Position numbers and translations under genes: made by a program. A stretch of DNA of 64,000 bases from an uncultured Clostridia bacterium (GTDB taxonomy: Bacteria; Bacillota; Clostridia; TANB77; CAG-508). The stretch is taken from positions 15,930 through 79,929 of the forward strand of contig CANQPZ010000001.1 in assembly GCA_947625895.1 (NCBI GenBank), read 5' to 3'. Position 1 is the first letter of the stretch; every line of letters starts with the position of its first letter. The notes under the pieces are model-generated. The model had not been told where the DNA came from, searched no databases, and worked only from the letters and a program-made list of their open reading frames with translations. Positions 1-10,300 of the stretch are shown here, one piece after another.

Positions 1-366
1 TTGCCTTATCCGGGTTTTCCAACGGATATGCAATCAATATTTTTAGCTACTCTTATCACTGCTAAGGGTACATCAATAATAACAGAAAATATTTTTGAAA
101 ATAGATTTAAATGTGTTCCTGAATTAGTAAGAATGGGAGCTAAAATATCTGTTTCAGGTTCTAGTGCTATTATTAAAGGTGTAAGAAAAATTAATGGCAC
201 AAATTTGATAGCAACAGATTTACGTGGTGGAGTGGCATTAATAGTTGCTGCTTTGAGAGCAAAAGGAACTACAATTATTGAAAATTGTGAATTTGTCGAA
301 AGAGGTTATGAAAAACTTGAGTATAAATTAAAAAAATTAGATATAGATTTTACGAAAGAGGGGTGA
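1..366 (+). CDS. murA: UDP-N-acetylglucosamine 1-carboxyvinyltransferase MurA, C-terminal fragment (5' end lies outside the window)
   Basis: Frame +1 ORF open from base 1. C-terminal MurA-like motifs (GTNLIATDLRGGVALIVAALRAKGTTIIEN...ERGYEKLEYKLKKLDIDF). It sits directly upstream of ftsQ, as in Firmicute division clusters. Confidence 0.75.
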   Translation: MPYPGFPTDMQSIFLATLITAKGTSIITENIFENRFKCVPELVRMGAKISVSGSSAIIKGVRKINGTNLIATDLRGGVALIVAALRAKGTTIIENCEFVERGYEKLEYKLKKLDIDFTKEG

Positions 367-373
367 GAAAAGT

Positions 374-1375
374 TTGAAACAAACGAAAAAAACAAAGTCA
401 AAAGGAAAGACAAAAGATAATTTAAAAAAGGCTCCAAATACAAAATTTAATTTTGATGAAGAATATATAATTGGAATCTCAACCCCTGAGAAAAAGACTA
501 ATAAAAACAATAAAACAGCTAAAAAATCTAAAACGAAAAAGCAAAAAACAAAAAACAAAAAAACAAAAGAAAAAAATAAAAAAGTACAAAAGTCAAATAT
601 TAAGAAAATCCTAATTAGGTTTTTTATATTACTAATATTATTTGGTGCTACAGCTAGTTTCTTCTTTTTATCACCAATGTTTAATGTTCAAGAAATTATT
701 GTTGAAAATAATACTGTAATTCCAGCGGATACCGTAAGAAGCTTATCATCAATACAATTATACAAGAATATATTTTTAATTAATAAAGCAGATGTTAGAA
801 AAAAATTATTGAGTGAGCCATATATTGAATCTGTTGAAATATCAAGAGTATTACCTGATAAAATTAGAATTAAGGTAACAGAAAGAACAGATAAATATTT
901 AATTGAATATGCAGAAGGAAAATATTTAGTAATAGATACCCAGGGATATGTTCTAGAAATGATTAATGAAAAAAATGATCTACCTATACTTACTGGTTTG
1001 CAAACAGATTTGTCTTCACTAATTCAAATTGATACTAATAGTGAAGAAAGTAATAAAAATAAAGATGTTCCTAGATTGTGGAAAGAAGATTTGAAAAAAC
1101 TAGAATTAGTTGGGAGCATTGTAGCAACTGCAAAAAATTATGAGGTTTATGATTATATTACTAGAATTAATATTACAGATGACGATGATGTTATTCTTGA
1201 ACTTGAGGGTGAAGGAAAAACAGTTTATCTTGGAGATTGTTCGCAATTATATGCAAGATTTGACTACATGAAGACAATAATAGAAGCTGAAAAAGGAAAA
1301 AGAGGTAAGATTTTTGTTAATGGTACTTTACAGGATGCACCTGGTCAAAGAGCTTATTTTAGAGAAGACGTATAA
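374..1375 (+). CDS. ftsQ: Cell division protein FtsQ/DivIB. Lys-rich N-terminal tail, one TM helix, POTRA and FtsQ domains
   Basis: TTG start with an upstream AGAGGGG RBS. The N-terminus is poly-K/T, followed by a hydrophobic segment ILIRFFILLILFGATASFFFL and then POTRA-like FNVQEIIVENNTVIPADTVRS. Position after murA supports the call. Confidence 0.7.
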   Translation: MKQTKKTKSKGKTKDNLKKAPNTKFNFDEEYIIGISTPEKKTNKNNKTAKKSKTKKQKTKNKKTKEKNKKVQKSNIKKILIRFFILLILFGATASFFFLSPMFNVQEIIVENNTVIPADTVRSLSSIQLYKNIFLINKADVRKKLLSEPYIESVEISRVLPDKIRIKVTERTDKYLIEYAEGKYLVIDTQGYVLEMINEKNDLPILTGLQTDLSSLIQIDTNSEESNKNKDVPRLWKEDLKKLELVGSIVATAKNYEVYDYITRINITDDDDVILELEGEGKTVYLGDCSQLYARFDYMKTIIEAEKGKRGKIFVNGTLQDAPGQRAYFREDV

Positions 1376-1393
1376 TTATAAATAGGAGATATA

Positions 1394-2110
1394 TTGATGA
1401 GAAAAGAAATTATTTTAGGAATTTTGTGTTTTCTAATTGCAGCTAGTATATGTGTTCAATATAGAAGTGTACACAGTTATACTACTGAAGGACAGGCATC
1501 TGTTCAATCAATGTCACAAAATAAATTAAGAGACAGAGTCTTGAAAGAAAAAGAAAATAATACTAAGTTGAATGCTTTATATGATTCTGCTGAAAAAGAA
1601 TTAGAACAAGTAACAAAGGATTCAGCAAATAAAAGTGATGAGACAAAACAACTTGAAGAACAATTATCTGAATTGAACAGATTGTGCGGATATACTGATA
1701 TTACAGGAAAAGGACTTATTATAACTTTAAGAGATGCGGATCCTTCTGAAAATGATTCTTCTGATAGTATTGTTCATGATTTAGATTTAATAGATGTTGT
1801 AAATGAATTGTTTAATGCTGGGGCAGAAGCTGTTTCTATTAATGATCAAAGAATACTTTCAACAACAGCAATTAACTGTAATGGAAATGTTGTAAGAATA
1901 AATAATGAGAAAATTGCAGTACCATTTGTAATTAAAGCTATTGGTTCTCCAGAAGGATTATATGGAACACTTTTTAGACCGGATGGTTACTTGGATTTAA
2001 TGAAAAATGCTAATATAAAAATTGAATTTGAGAAAAAAGAAAATAACGATTTAGTTATTCCTAAGTATACAGGAAAAAGACAATATGAATATTTGCAAAT
2101 TGATGAATAG
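1394..2110 (+). CDS. DUF881 family membrane protein (YlxW/YlxX-like)
   Basis: N-terminal TM helix, a coiled-coil region, and a C-terminal region paralogous to the next ORF (motifs LIDVVNELFNAGAEAVSINDQRI and PFVIKAIG). This matches the usual ftsQ-DUF881-DUF881-sbp arrangement. Confidence 0.6.
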   Translation: MMRKEIILGILCFLIAASICVQYRSVHSYTTEGQASVQSMSQNKLRDRVLKEKENNTKLNALYDSAEKELEQVTKDSANKSDETKQLEEQLSELNRLCGYTDITGKGLIITLRDADPSENDSSDSIVHDLDLIDVVNELFNAGAEAVSINDQRILSTTAINCNGNVVRINNEKIAVPFVIKAIGSPEGLYGTLFRPDGYLDLMKNANIKIEFEKKENNDLVIPKYTGKRQYEYLQIDE

Positions 2111-2112
2111 AG

Positions 2113-2802
2113 GTGAAAATTTTGAAAGGTAAAATAATAATGCTCATAACAATAGGAATTATTTGTATTCTTCTTTCTGGTGTTATGTTTGTTCAATTTA
2201 AATCGGTTCAAGTTATTGAAAAGTCTGGAATAGAAGGTATGAATAATGCTGAACTTAGAACTGAATATGCAGAAGTAAAAGCAAAGTCAGATGAAATTCA
2301 AGCAGCATTAGAAGAAACCCAAAAAAGTATCGAAGAATATAAAACTCAATCTACAAGTACTCAAGGAACTATGGACTTGCTTAAAGAAGACGTAAATAAA
2401 GCTAATTGTGATATAGGTTACACAAACGTTAAAGGACCGGGACTTGAAATAATAATATCTGATTCTGATAGACTAGTTTCATATTATGATTTGCTATTTG
2501 CTATAAATGAACTTAAATATGCAGGAGCAGAAGCAATTTCTGTTAATGATATTAGAGTTGTAAATACTACCTTTATTTCAAATATACAAGATAGATTCTT
2601 AATTATGGATGGTCAAAGAATTACATCACCTTATACTATAAAAGTTATAGGAGATACAAAATACTTAGAAAGTGTTATAAACATTAAGGGTGGTTTAAAA
2701 GAATATATTCAAGATAATGGTATGAGTATATCTTATTCAATTAAAGATGAAGTTCATATAGAAAAATATAAAGACTTAATAGAAATTAATTATGGAGAGT
2801 AG
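2113..2802 (+). CDS. DUF881 family membrane protein, paralog of the previous ORF
   Basis: Same architecture as the previous ORF: TM helix, coiled coil, LLFAINELKYAGAEAISVNDIRV, PYTIKVIG. Only a 3-nt gap from the previous ORF. Confidence 0.6.
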   Translation: MKILKGKIIMLITIGIICILLSGVMFVQFKSVQVIEKSGIEGMNNAELRTEYAEVKAKSDEIQAALEETQKSIEEYKTQSTSTQGTMDLLKEDVNKANCDIGYTNVKGPGLEIIISDSDRLVSYYDLLFAINELKYAGAEAISVNDIRVVNTTFISNIQDRFLIMDGQRITSPYTIKVIGDTKYLESVINIKGGLKEYIQDNGMSISYSIKDEVHIEKYKDLIEINYGE

Positions 2803-2814
2803 AGGAGAGAAAAA

Positions 2815-3198
2815 ATGGTTTATATTACTATTATAGTTTGTTCAATCTTAGGAATTATACTTGGTATGAATTTACCAACTATTTCATATTCATATTCAGG
2901 ATATCTAGCAATAGCAATTATTGCAGCACTAGATTCTGTTTTTGGTGGTCTTACATCTGTTTTAAAGAAAAACTTTGATATTAAAATCTTTGTTTCTGGA
3001 TTTTTTGGAAATGCTATATTAGCAATGCTTCTTACATATCTAGGAGAAAAATTGAATGTTGATATATATTTAGCTGCAGTTATAGTATTTGTTGGTAGAA
3101 TGTTTACAAACTTATCTATTATTAGAAGAATTTATATTGAAAGAATGGCTAAAAAATATGAAACAAGACGTAATTCAAAAAAGAAAACTGAGGGATAA
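2815..3198 (+). CDS. sbp: Small basic protein Sbp (DUF1290), two TM helices
   Basis: 127 aa, two hydrophobic helices and a basic C-terminal tail (KKYETRRNSKKKTEG). Conserved position after the DUF881 pair. Confidence 0.55.
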   Translation: MVYITIIVCSILGIILGMNLPTISYSYSGYLAIAIIAALDSVFGGLTSVLKKNFDIKIFVSGFFGNAILAMLLTYLGEKLNVDIYLAAVIVFVGRMFTNLSIIRRIYIERMAKKYETRRNSKKKTEG

Positions 3199-3204
3199 TT
3201 TTGA

Positions 3205-3236
3205 AAAATAATATGTTTTTTAACATATTATTTTTT
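3205..3236 (+). terminator. Rho-independent terminator after sbp
   Basis: Perfect inverted repeat AAAAATAATATGTT / AACATATTATTTTT followed by a T-run. Confidence 0.5.
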
Positions 3237-3270
3237 ATCTAATAGGAAATTTTAATTCCCTATTAGATAA
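3237..3270. repeat. Copy 1 of the dispersed hairpin element (ATCTAATAGG-N12-CCTATTAGAT), no tail
   Basis: Inverted repeat with a TAGGAAA core, directly abutting the sbp terminator hairpin. Related copies occur at 26051-26100 and 33701-33760. Confidence 0.5.
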
Positions 3271-3277
3271 AATAGAT

Positions 3278-3505
3278 TTAATAAATAGTTATATTAATTG
3301 CATCACAATCACGTATTGCAATTAATGTATCTTTTATAGAATATGCACGGATATTTCCTGAAGGGCTTGTTAAAACAGGAGTTATTTTACTACCTTTAAT
3401 AAATCCCAAAACAATAAAGCGTTTTTGTATTTCTTGATTACAATTTATATTTTGAATATGTTTAGTTTCGTTTATTTTTAACTCATTAAGTGTCATATAT
3501 ATCAC
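3278..3505 (-). CDS. FeoA-domain protein, orphan (no feoB nearby). The likely start is the internal Met at 3496
   Basis: About 72 aa with the small SH3-like FeoA pattern (GFIKGSKITPVLTSPSGNIRAYSIKDTLIAIR). No adjacent FeoB gene. Confidence 0.5.
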   Translation of the reverse strand: MIYMTLNELKINETKHIQNINCNQEIQKRFIVLGFIKGSKITPVLTSPSGNIRAYSIKDTLIAIRDCDAINITIY

Positions 3506-3609
3506 TCCTTATATCATCATATTTTCGGAAATACCGTTTGGTGACATATATTGAAAAAAATTGTAAAATAATGTAGAATATTAATATTAAATGGAAAGAG
3601 AAATTTTCT

Positions 3610-5202
3610 ATGGATAAAAGAAAGATAATTATAATAGGTGTAATAGTTGTAACTATAATAGCTGTAATTTGTACAGTTCTATTAAGAAAAAAGATACAAA
3701 ATGATAGAGATTATGAACTATTGCAAGTAAGTGAATATAAATATTATACTTTGTTAGTTAATGGTAAATACGGAGTTATCAGAAAAGATGGAACTGTAAT
3801 AGTTGAACCAAATTATGATGAAGTTCAAATACCAAATCAAGACAGAGATGTATTTGTTGTTAAAGAAGATGATAATTACAAAGTTTTAAATGAGAAAAAC
3901 GAGGAATTATATACAGATAAACAAATGGTTGTATCTGTTTCTACTAAAGATGATGCTGAACAAACAATATATAATACTACTGTTTTAAAATATATGGAAA
4001 ATGGCAAATATGGATTACTTAGCTTAGATGGTCAGAAAATTACTGAAGCAGAGTATGATGAAATTGAAGCTTTAAAAAATAATAGTGGAGAAGTTTTAGT
4101 TAAACAAAAAGGAAAATTTGGAGTAATCAATGTTAGAGGAAATAGTCTAGTTGCGATTAAATATGATTATGTAACAGGTGATGGATATTCTGAAAATGGT
4201 TCATATAAGAATTCTGGTTATATTGTAGGAAATATGACAGATCAAGGAATGAAATATGGATATTTAGATAAAGATGAAAAAGAAATATTAAAAATTGAGC
4301 AAGAAAGTTTATATCGTGTAACTGAAATCAATTCTGGCGATGCTTATCTAGTTGCATCACAAAACGGAAGATATGCAATATACAAAAATAAAGATAATCT
4401 GACAGACTATAAATATTTAGATGTTATTTACAATAACGGAACAAATACTTTTACTGTTCAAAAAAATAAAACATATGGATTAGTTAATTTATCAGGACAA
4501 GTTGTTATACCTGAAGAATACCAAGAACTTATGGTTGTTGGCATATATGTTAAGGCTTTAAAGAATGAAACAAATTATATATTTGATTTAAATGGAGAAC
4601 AAGTTGAAAACTCTAAATTTGCTAGTTTACAGCAAACATCAACTGGAAAATTCTATATTACAATAGATAACAATTATAAATATGGTATAGCAAATCAGCA
4701 ATATGAAGTAGTAATTGAAAATAAATACGATTATATTTATGAAATAGAAAAAACAGGTTTACTTATAGCTACAATAGAAGATGATGTAACAATATATAGT
4801 GGAAGTGCTGTTGAAATTGTTTCTGTGCAAGATGCAAAAACAGAAATAAGTGGTGATTACATAAAGGTAATTACAAGTGATGATTCATATTATTTAACTG
4901 TTGACGGAAAGAAAGTTGATAATAAAACGGTGTATTTAGAGAACAATATATATGCTAGTAAAGATAATAAAAAATGGGGATTTGTAGATTTAAGAAATTC
5001 TATTATTGTTCCATATGAATACGATGAAGTTACAGAAATTGATGAATTTGGATTCGCAGGAGTAAAGAAAAATGGTAAATGGGGAGTAATTAATAGTGAA
5101 GGACAAGTTATACTTGAACCAACATATGCTTCTGACGAAATTAATCCAGTCTTTATTGGTAAATATGCTTTAAAAAATAATATTGTTAGTGATCAATTAT
5201 AA
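3610..5202 (+). CDS. WG-repeat (KWG) domain protein with an N-terminal TM anchor
   Basis: N-terminal hydrophobic helix followed by many repeats of the GKYGxIxxxGxxxIxPxYDE type (KYGVIRKDGTVIVEPNYDEV, KYGLLSLDGQKITEAEYDEI, KFGVINVRGNSLVAIKYDYV, KWGFVDLRNSIIVPYEYDEV, KWGVINSEGQVILEPTY). Confidence 0.6.
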   Translation: MDKRKIIIIGVIVVTIIAVICTVLLRKKIQNDRDYELLQVSEYKYYTLLVNGKYGVIRKDGTVIVEPNYDEVQIPNQDRDVFVVKEDDNYKVLNEKNEELYTDKQMVVSVSTKDDAEQTIYNTTVLKYMENGKYGLLSLDGQKITEAEYDEIEALKNNSGEVLVKQKGKFGVINVRGNSLVAIKYDYVTGDGYSENGSYKNSGYIVGNMTDQGMKYGYLDKDEKEILKIEQESLYRVTEINSGDAYLVASQNGRYAIYKNKDNLTDYKYLDVIYNNGTNTFTVQKNKTYGLVNLSGQVVIPEEYQELMVVGIYVKALKNETNYIFDLNGEQVENSKFASLQQTSTGKFYITIDNNYKYGIANQQYEVVIENKYDYIYEIEKTGLLIATIEDDVTIYSGSAVEIVSVQDAKTEISGDYIKVITSDDSYYLTVDGKKVDNKTVYLENNIYASKDNKKWGFVDLRNSIIVPYEYDEVTEIDEFGFAGVKKNGKWGVINSEGQVILEPTYASDEINPVFIGKYALKNNIVSDQL

Positions 5203-5278
5203 TTTTAAAAAGTAGGGCGGTTCTTTTGGACTATACCAAAATGAATCGTCTTTATTATATAGTTAGAGAGGTATAAAT

Positions 5279-6520
5279 ATGTATAATGATTTTGGAATTT
5301 CAGATGAAATAGTAAAATTAGCAAATGAAGTTGAACTTGAAATAAAAGAACAAATTAAAGAAATTGATGAAAGATGTATGAGAAATTCTATTAGAGTTCT
5401 TAAAGCATTTCAAGATAATAAAATAGCAGACGTACATTTTAATTCAACAACAGGATATGGATATGGAGATATTGGAAGAGATACAATTGAAAAAGTCTTT
5501 GCTCAGATTTTTAGAACTGAGGATGCACTTGTTCGTAATCAATTTATCTCTGGAACTCATGCAATTACTGTAGCTCTTTTTGCTAATTTAAGACCAGGAG
5601 ATACGTTACTAAGTATTTCAGGAAAACCATATGATACATTAGATTCTATTATAGGATTTGATGATAATGAAAGTTCGTTAAAAGCATATGGTATAAAGTA
5701 TGAACAAATAGATTTAGTTGATGATGATTTTGATTTAGAAAAAATCAAAGAAAGATTATCAAATAAAAATGTAAAGATGGTTGAAATCCAAAGATCAAGA
5801 GGATATGCAATGCGTAAAAGTTTGACTATGGATAAAATAGAAAAGGCAATTAAAGCTATTAGAGAAGTAAACGACGAAGTAATTATTATGGTAGACAATT
5901 GTTATGGAGAATTTGTAGATGACATAGAACCTGTTGATGTGGGTGCTGATTTTATGGTAGGATCTCTAATAAAAAATGCCGGTGGGGGTCTAGCACAAAA
6001 TGGAGCATATATTGTTGGAAAGAAAAAATATATTGAACTTGCAGCTGAAAGATTGACATCACCTGGACAAGGAAAAGAAGTAGGACCAAGTTTAGGTGCA
6101 AACAGATCATTTTTACAAGGAATTTATATGGCTCCATCAGCTGTTGCTAATAGTTTAAAAACAGCAGTTTTTGCAAGTAGAATATTAGAAAAACTTGGAT
6201 TTGATCCAGTTCCAAAATACGATGAAAAAAGAGCTGATATAGTTCAAACTATTATTTTTAATGATGAAGAAAAATTAATAAAATATGTTCAAGGAATTCA
6301 AAAAGGTTCAGCAATAGATTCTGACTCTGTTCCAATGCCTTGGGATATGCCTGGATATAAGGATAAAGTTATAATGGCAAGTGGAAGTTTTACTCAAGGA
6401 TCATCTATTGAATTAAGTTGTGATGCGCCTATACGTCCACCATATGTTGCATTTATGCAAGGAGGACTTACATATGAATATGGAAAAATAGGTGTTTTAA
6501 AGGCAATTAGTCAATTATAA
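5279..6520 (+). CDS. PLP-dependent YnbB / methionine gamma-lyase family protein (the so-called aluminium resistance protein)
   Basis: 413 aa. N-terminal conservation typical of the YnbB family (HFNSTTGYGYGDIGRDTIEKVFAQIF...ISGTHAI). Good RBS. Confidence 0.65.
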   Translation: MYNDFGISDEIVKLANEVELEIKEQIKEIDERCMRNSIRVLKAFQDNKIADVHFNSTTGYGYGDIGRDTIEKVFAQIFRTEDALVRNQFISGTHAITVALFANLRPGDTLLSISGKPYDTLDSIIGFDDNESSLKAYGIKYEQIDLVDDDFDLEKIKERLSNKNVKMVEIQRSRGYAMRKSLTMDKIEKAIKAIREVNDEVIIMVDNCYGEFVDDIEPVDVGADFMVGSLIKNAGGGLAQNGAYIVGKKKYIELAAERLTSPGQGKEVGPSLGANRSFLQGIYMAPSAVANSLKTAVFASRILEKLGFDPVPKYDEKRADIVQTIIFNDEEKLIKYVQGIQKGSAIDSDSVPMPWDMPGYKDKVIMASGSFTQGSSIELSCDAPIRPPYVAFMQGGLTYEYGKIGVLKAISQL

Positions 6521-6554
6521 TAAAAATAAAATTTCATATATAATGAGGAAAATT

Positions 6555-7799
6555 ATGAAAGTTGTAGTTATAGGTGGAGGACCAGCTGGAATGCTTGCCT
6601 CAATAAGTGCAGCAAAAGCTGGAAATCAAGTTATATTAGTAGAAAAAAATAATCAATTAGGAAAGAAAATATTAATTACTGGAAAAGGAAGATGTAATAT
6701 AACGAGTAGCTTGGATATGTCTGAATTTATTTCTAATGTACCCGGTAATGGAAAATTCCTATATAGTGCTTTTGAAAATTTTACTAATCAAGATATTATT
6801 AATATGCTAAAAAAAGAAGGAGTTTCTGTAAAAGAGGAAAGAGGAAACAGAATATTTCCAGTAAGTGATAGAGCAGAAGATGTTAGAAAAGCATTAGAAA
6901 ATCTAGTTAAAAAATCAGATATTGATGTAAAACTAAATTGTGAGGTTAAAGATATTCTTATAGATAAAGAAAATAAAGTTACAGGAGTTTTGACAGAAAA
7001 AGAAACAATAAGTGCTGATAAAGTTATACTAGCAACTGGGGGAAAAAGTTATCCACTTACAGGTTCGACAGGAGATGGATATAAGTTTGCTGAAAAGTTA
7101 GGCCATACAATAAAAGAAACTAGAGGCTCTCTAGTACCATTATTAGCTGATAAATCTATATGTTCAAGACTTCAAGGATTGAGTTTAAGAAATGTAGGAA
7201 TAGAATTTATTGATATAAAAAATAATAGAAAAATATATGATGATTTTGGAGAAATGTTATTTACTCATTTTGGAGTGAGTGGACCAACAATATTAAGTTC
7301 TTCAGCTCATCTACTTAGATATAAAAATATTGATGAAAATATTTCAAATGGTAATGTATATTTAAAAATAGATTTGAAGCCAGCACTATCAAAAGAAAAA
7401 TTAGATGCTAGAATTTTAAGAGATTTTGATGAAATGAAAAATAAACAATTCAAGAATTCACTAGATAAATTACTTCCTAAAAAAATGATAGACGTAATTA
7501 TTGATTTATCTGGAATTAATATGAATAAAATGGTTAACGAAGTAACAAAAGAAGAGAGAACGAAACTAGTTGAATTACTAAAAAATTTAAGAATTAAAAT
7601 CAACGGATTTAGACCTGTTGAAGAAGCCATCGTTACTGCTGGAGGAATTAATGTTAAAGAAATTAATCCTAAAAATATGGAATCCAAAATTGTAAAAGGA
7701 TTATTTTTTGCTGGAGAAATAATTGATGTAGATGCATATACTGGTGGATTTAATCTTCAAATTGCTTATTCAACAGGATATACAGCAGGATTAGAATAA
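6555..7799 (+). CDS. HI0933-family NAD(P)/FAD-dependent oxidoreductase (BaiN/YtfP-like flavoprotein)
   Basis: Rossmann motif MKVVVIGGGPAGMLASI plus the family C-terminal motif (GGINVKEINPKNMESKIVKGLFFAGEIIDVDAYTGGFNLQIA). I prefer the start at 6555, after GAGG, over the ORF-track start at 6543. Confidence 0.7.
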   Translation: MKVVVIGGGPAGMLASISAAKAGNQVILVEKNNQLGKKILITGKGRCNITSSLDMSEFISNVPGNGKFLYSAFENFTNQDIINMLKKEGVSVKEERGNRIFPVSDRAEDVRKALENLVKKSDIDVKLNCEVKDILIDKENKVTGVLTEKETISADKVILATGGKSYPLTGSTGDGYKFAEKLGHTIKETRGSLVPLLADKSICSRLQGLSLRNVGIEFIDIKNNRKIYDDFGEMLFTHFGVSGPTILSSSAHLLRYKNIDENISNGNVYLKIDLKPALSKEKLDARILRDFDEMKNKQFKNSLDKLLPKKMIDVIIDLSGINMNKMVNEVTKEERTKLVELLKNLRIKINGFRPVEEAIVTAGGINVKEINPKNMESKIVKGLFFAGEIIDVDAYTGGFNLQIAYSTGYTAGLE

Positions 7800-7809
7800 G
7801 GAGAAAACG

Positions 7810-8427
7810 ATGTTTAAAACTATTGTAGAAAACGTTTCTGCTGAGGTAATTGAAAAGAAGTCCAAATTTATAGCTAACATATTTCATGTAGAAAGTGTGG
7901 ATGAAGCAGAAGAAATATTAAAAGAATTGGGGAAAAAATATCATGATGCTAGACATAATTGTTATGCTTTTAAAATAGCCAAAGATAATATTTCTAGAGC
8001 AAGTGATGATGGAGAACCATCTGGAACTGCAGGTATGCCAATACTTAATATACTAAATGGCAATGATTTATCAAACGTCTTGGTAGTTGTTACTAGGTAT
8101 TTTGGCGGCATTTTACTTGGAACGGGAGGACTAGTTAGAGCATATTCAGAGGCAACAGCAAAAGCTATTGAAAAAGGTCATTTAGCTAATCAAGACATTG
8201 GACTGGAAATTAAATTTAATATTGAATACAAAGATCTTGAAGAATATAAATATCAATTAAAAAAGAGAAATATAGAAATAACGGATATATTGTATGATGA
8301 AAAAATAGAGATTACGGCAGAAGGTAGTGTTGAAGAAGTACAAAAAATAATGAATGAAAAAATATCTGATAGAATTGCCATAAATAAAGTTGATTCGGTC
8401 AAAGAAAAATATGTATATATAAGATAA
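7810..8427 (+). CDS. yigZ: YigZ/IMPACT family protein (UPF0029)
   Basis: EKKSKFIANIFHVESVDEAEEILKELGKKYHDARHNCYAF and GEPSGTAGMPIL are hallmark YigZ N-domain motifs. Confidence 0.7.
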   Translation: MFKTIVENVSAEVIEKKSKFIANIFHVESVDEAEEILKELGKKYHDARHNCYAFKIAKDNISRASDDGEPSGTAGMPILNILNGNDLSNVLVVVTRYFGGILLGTGGLVRAYSEATAKAIEKGHLANQDIGLEIKFNIEYKDLEEYKYQLKKRNIEITDILYDEKIEITAEGSVEEVQKIMNEKISDRIAINKVDSVKEKYVYIR

Positions 8428-8547
8428 AAATAAACAATTTGGAAAAAATTAGAAAAAATTCACGTCTGACTATAGATAATTTAATTGTAAAAAATTTATA
8501 ATAAAAAATGTAAAAAAATTACAATTAAATTTTGAAAGGAGAAGAAC

Positions 8548-9357
8548 GTGAAAGAAAAAATTAGAGTTCTTATTGCAGATGACAATATGGAATTTGCAAC
8601 TACGCTAAAAAAGTATTTTGACCAGAAAGAAAATATGGAGGTAATAGGCATTGCTAAAGATGGCAATGAGGCTTTTGAGAAAATATTAGAAAGTAAACCA
8701 GATGTAGCTTTATTAGATGTTATAATGCCTCATTTAGATGGAATTGGAGTCTTAGAAAAATTAAATAATGTACATCTAGAGAAAAGACCTTTTTGTGTTA
8801 TGATTTCTGCAGTAGGACAAGACAAAATTACAAGGCAAGCAATCAACTTAGGTGCGCAATATTATGTTGTAAAACCTTTCGATATTGAAGTATTAATTAA
8901 ACGAATAGAAGAATTACAAAGTTATCAATTACCAGAAAAAAATAATAATTTTATCATAAAAGAAACAAATTCAAATTATATAGAAGTTACAAATAACAAA
9001 GAAGAAAATCTAGAAGCATTAGTCACAAATATCATTCATGAAATAGGTGTACCAGCACATATAAAAGGGTATCAATATTTAAGAGAAGCAATTATGATGG
9101 TTGTTGAAAATATCGACATGATTAATCAAATAACAAAACAGCTTTATCCTGAAATAGCTCACAAATATAAAACAACATCAAGCAGAGTCGAAAGAGCGAT
9201 ACGCCATGCGATTGAAGTTGCGTGGGGAAGAGGAAAGTTAGATGTTATGGAGAAAATATTTGGATACACTGTTGATAGCAACAAAGGGAAACCTACAAAT
9301 TCAGAGTTTATCGCTATGATAGCTGATAAACTAAGATTGGAATTAAAAAGTGCATAA
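8548..9357 (+). CDS. spo0A: Sporulation master regulator Spo0A (receiver domain plus Spo0A_C DNA-binding domain)
   Basis: GTG start with RBS AAAGGAGAAG. REC domain (IRVLIADDN...[11 protein letters not shown]...YYVVKPFD) and the Spo0A-specific C-terminal domain ([25 protein letters not shown]...[20 protein letters not shown]). Confidence 0.85.
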   Translation: MKEKIRVLIADDNMEFATTLKKYFDQKENMEVIGIAKDGNEAFEKILESKPDVALLDVIMPHLDGIGVLEKLNNVHLEKRPFCVMISAVGQDKITRQAINLGAQYYVVKPFDIEVLIKRIEELQSYQLPEKNNNFIIKETNSNYIEVTNNKEENLEALVTNIIHEIGVPAHIKGYQYLREAIMMVVENIDMINQITKQLYPEIAHKYKTTSSRVERAIRHAIEVAWGRGKLDVMEKIFGYTVDSNKGKPTNSEFIAMIADKLRLELKSA

Positions 9358-9367
9358 AAAGAATTTT

Positions 9368-9407
9368 TAACTCATGTATTTATTTAATAAATATATGAGT
9401 TTTTTCA
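9368..9407 (+). terminator. Rho-independent terminator after spo0A
   Basis: About 13-bp stem (ACTCATGTATTTA / TAAATATATGAGT, one wobble pair) followed by TTTTTT. Confidence 0.5.
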
Positions 9408-9494
9408 TATGTATAGACATTTATTTTTTTTATATGGTAAAATAAAGTCGAATTAGGTAGTAAAGAAATGATGTATGATTGAGAGGAGAGTATT

Positions 9495-10217
9495 ATGACA
9501 CCACATAATAATGCAAAAAAAGAAGATATCGCAAAAGTTGTAATTATGCCTGGAGATCCATTAAGAGCCAAATATATAGCAGAAAATTTTTTAGAAAATT
9601 ATAAACTAGTTAATGATGTAAGAGGAATGTATGCCTACACAGGAGAATATAAGGGAAAGAGAATCACTGTAATGGGCTCAGGAATGGGGATGCCTAGTAT
9701 GGGAATATATTCTTATGAATTATATAAATTTTATGATGTTGATACAATTATAAGAATAGGTTCTTGTGGAGTTTACGATGAAAATATAGATTTACTAGAA
9801 ACTATTTTAGTAAATGGAAGCTATACTCCTGGAAATTATGCAAATAATTTGAATGGTAAAGATATACACTTTGTCCAAGCAACTCAAACATTAAATTCTA
9901 AAATAAATGATGTAGCTAATGAAAATGATTTAAAATTAAGAAAAGAAAACATTGCTTGTACAGAATGTTTTGATCCATATATTGAAAATATAGATCTTTT
10001 ATTAGAAAGATTTCCTAAAGATAAAAATATAGTAGGTGCAGAAATGGAGTCTTTCGCATTATTTTATAATGCTGAAGTTTTAGGAAAAAATGCAGCTTGT
10101 ATTCTAACAGTTGTTGACTCAATAAGAAATAAAAGAGCCTTATCTTCATTAGAACGTGAGCAATCTTTGAACAATATGATAAAAATTTCACTAGATACTG
10201 CATTTGAGTTAACATAA
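9495..10217 (+). CDS. deoD: Purine nucleoside phosphorylase DeoD-type
   Basis: PNP/UDP family motifs (VVIMPGDPLRAKYIAE...MGSGMGMPSMGIYSYEL...RIGSCG...GAEMESFALF). Confidence 0.75.
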   Translation: MTPHNNAKKEDIAKVVIMPGDPLRAKYIAENFLENYKLVNDVRGMYAYTGEYKGKRITVMGSGMGMPSMGIYSYELYKFYDVDTIIRIGSCGVYDENIDLLETILVNGSYTPGNYANNLNGKDIHFVQATQTLNSKINDVANENDLKLRKENIACTECFDPYIENIDLLLERFPKDKNIVGAEMESFALFYNAEVLGKNAACILTVVDSIRNKRALSSLEREQSLNNMIKISLDTAFELT

Positions 10218-10220
10218 TAG

Positions 10221-10249
10221 TTGAAATCTTTTTACATTTATGCTATAAT
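10221..10249 (+). promoter_or_regulatory. Sigma-A type promoter (TTGAAA-17-TGcTATAAT, extended -10) upstream of the first giant repeat-protein gene
   Basis: TTGAAA at 10221-10226, a 17-nt spacer, then TATAAT at 10244-10249 preceded by TG. Confidence 0.4.
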
Positions 10250-10300
10250 TTACTTGATTGCGTTAGAAAAAAGATATTTTATGAAATATAGGAGGTAAAA

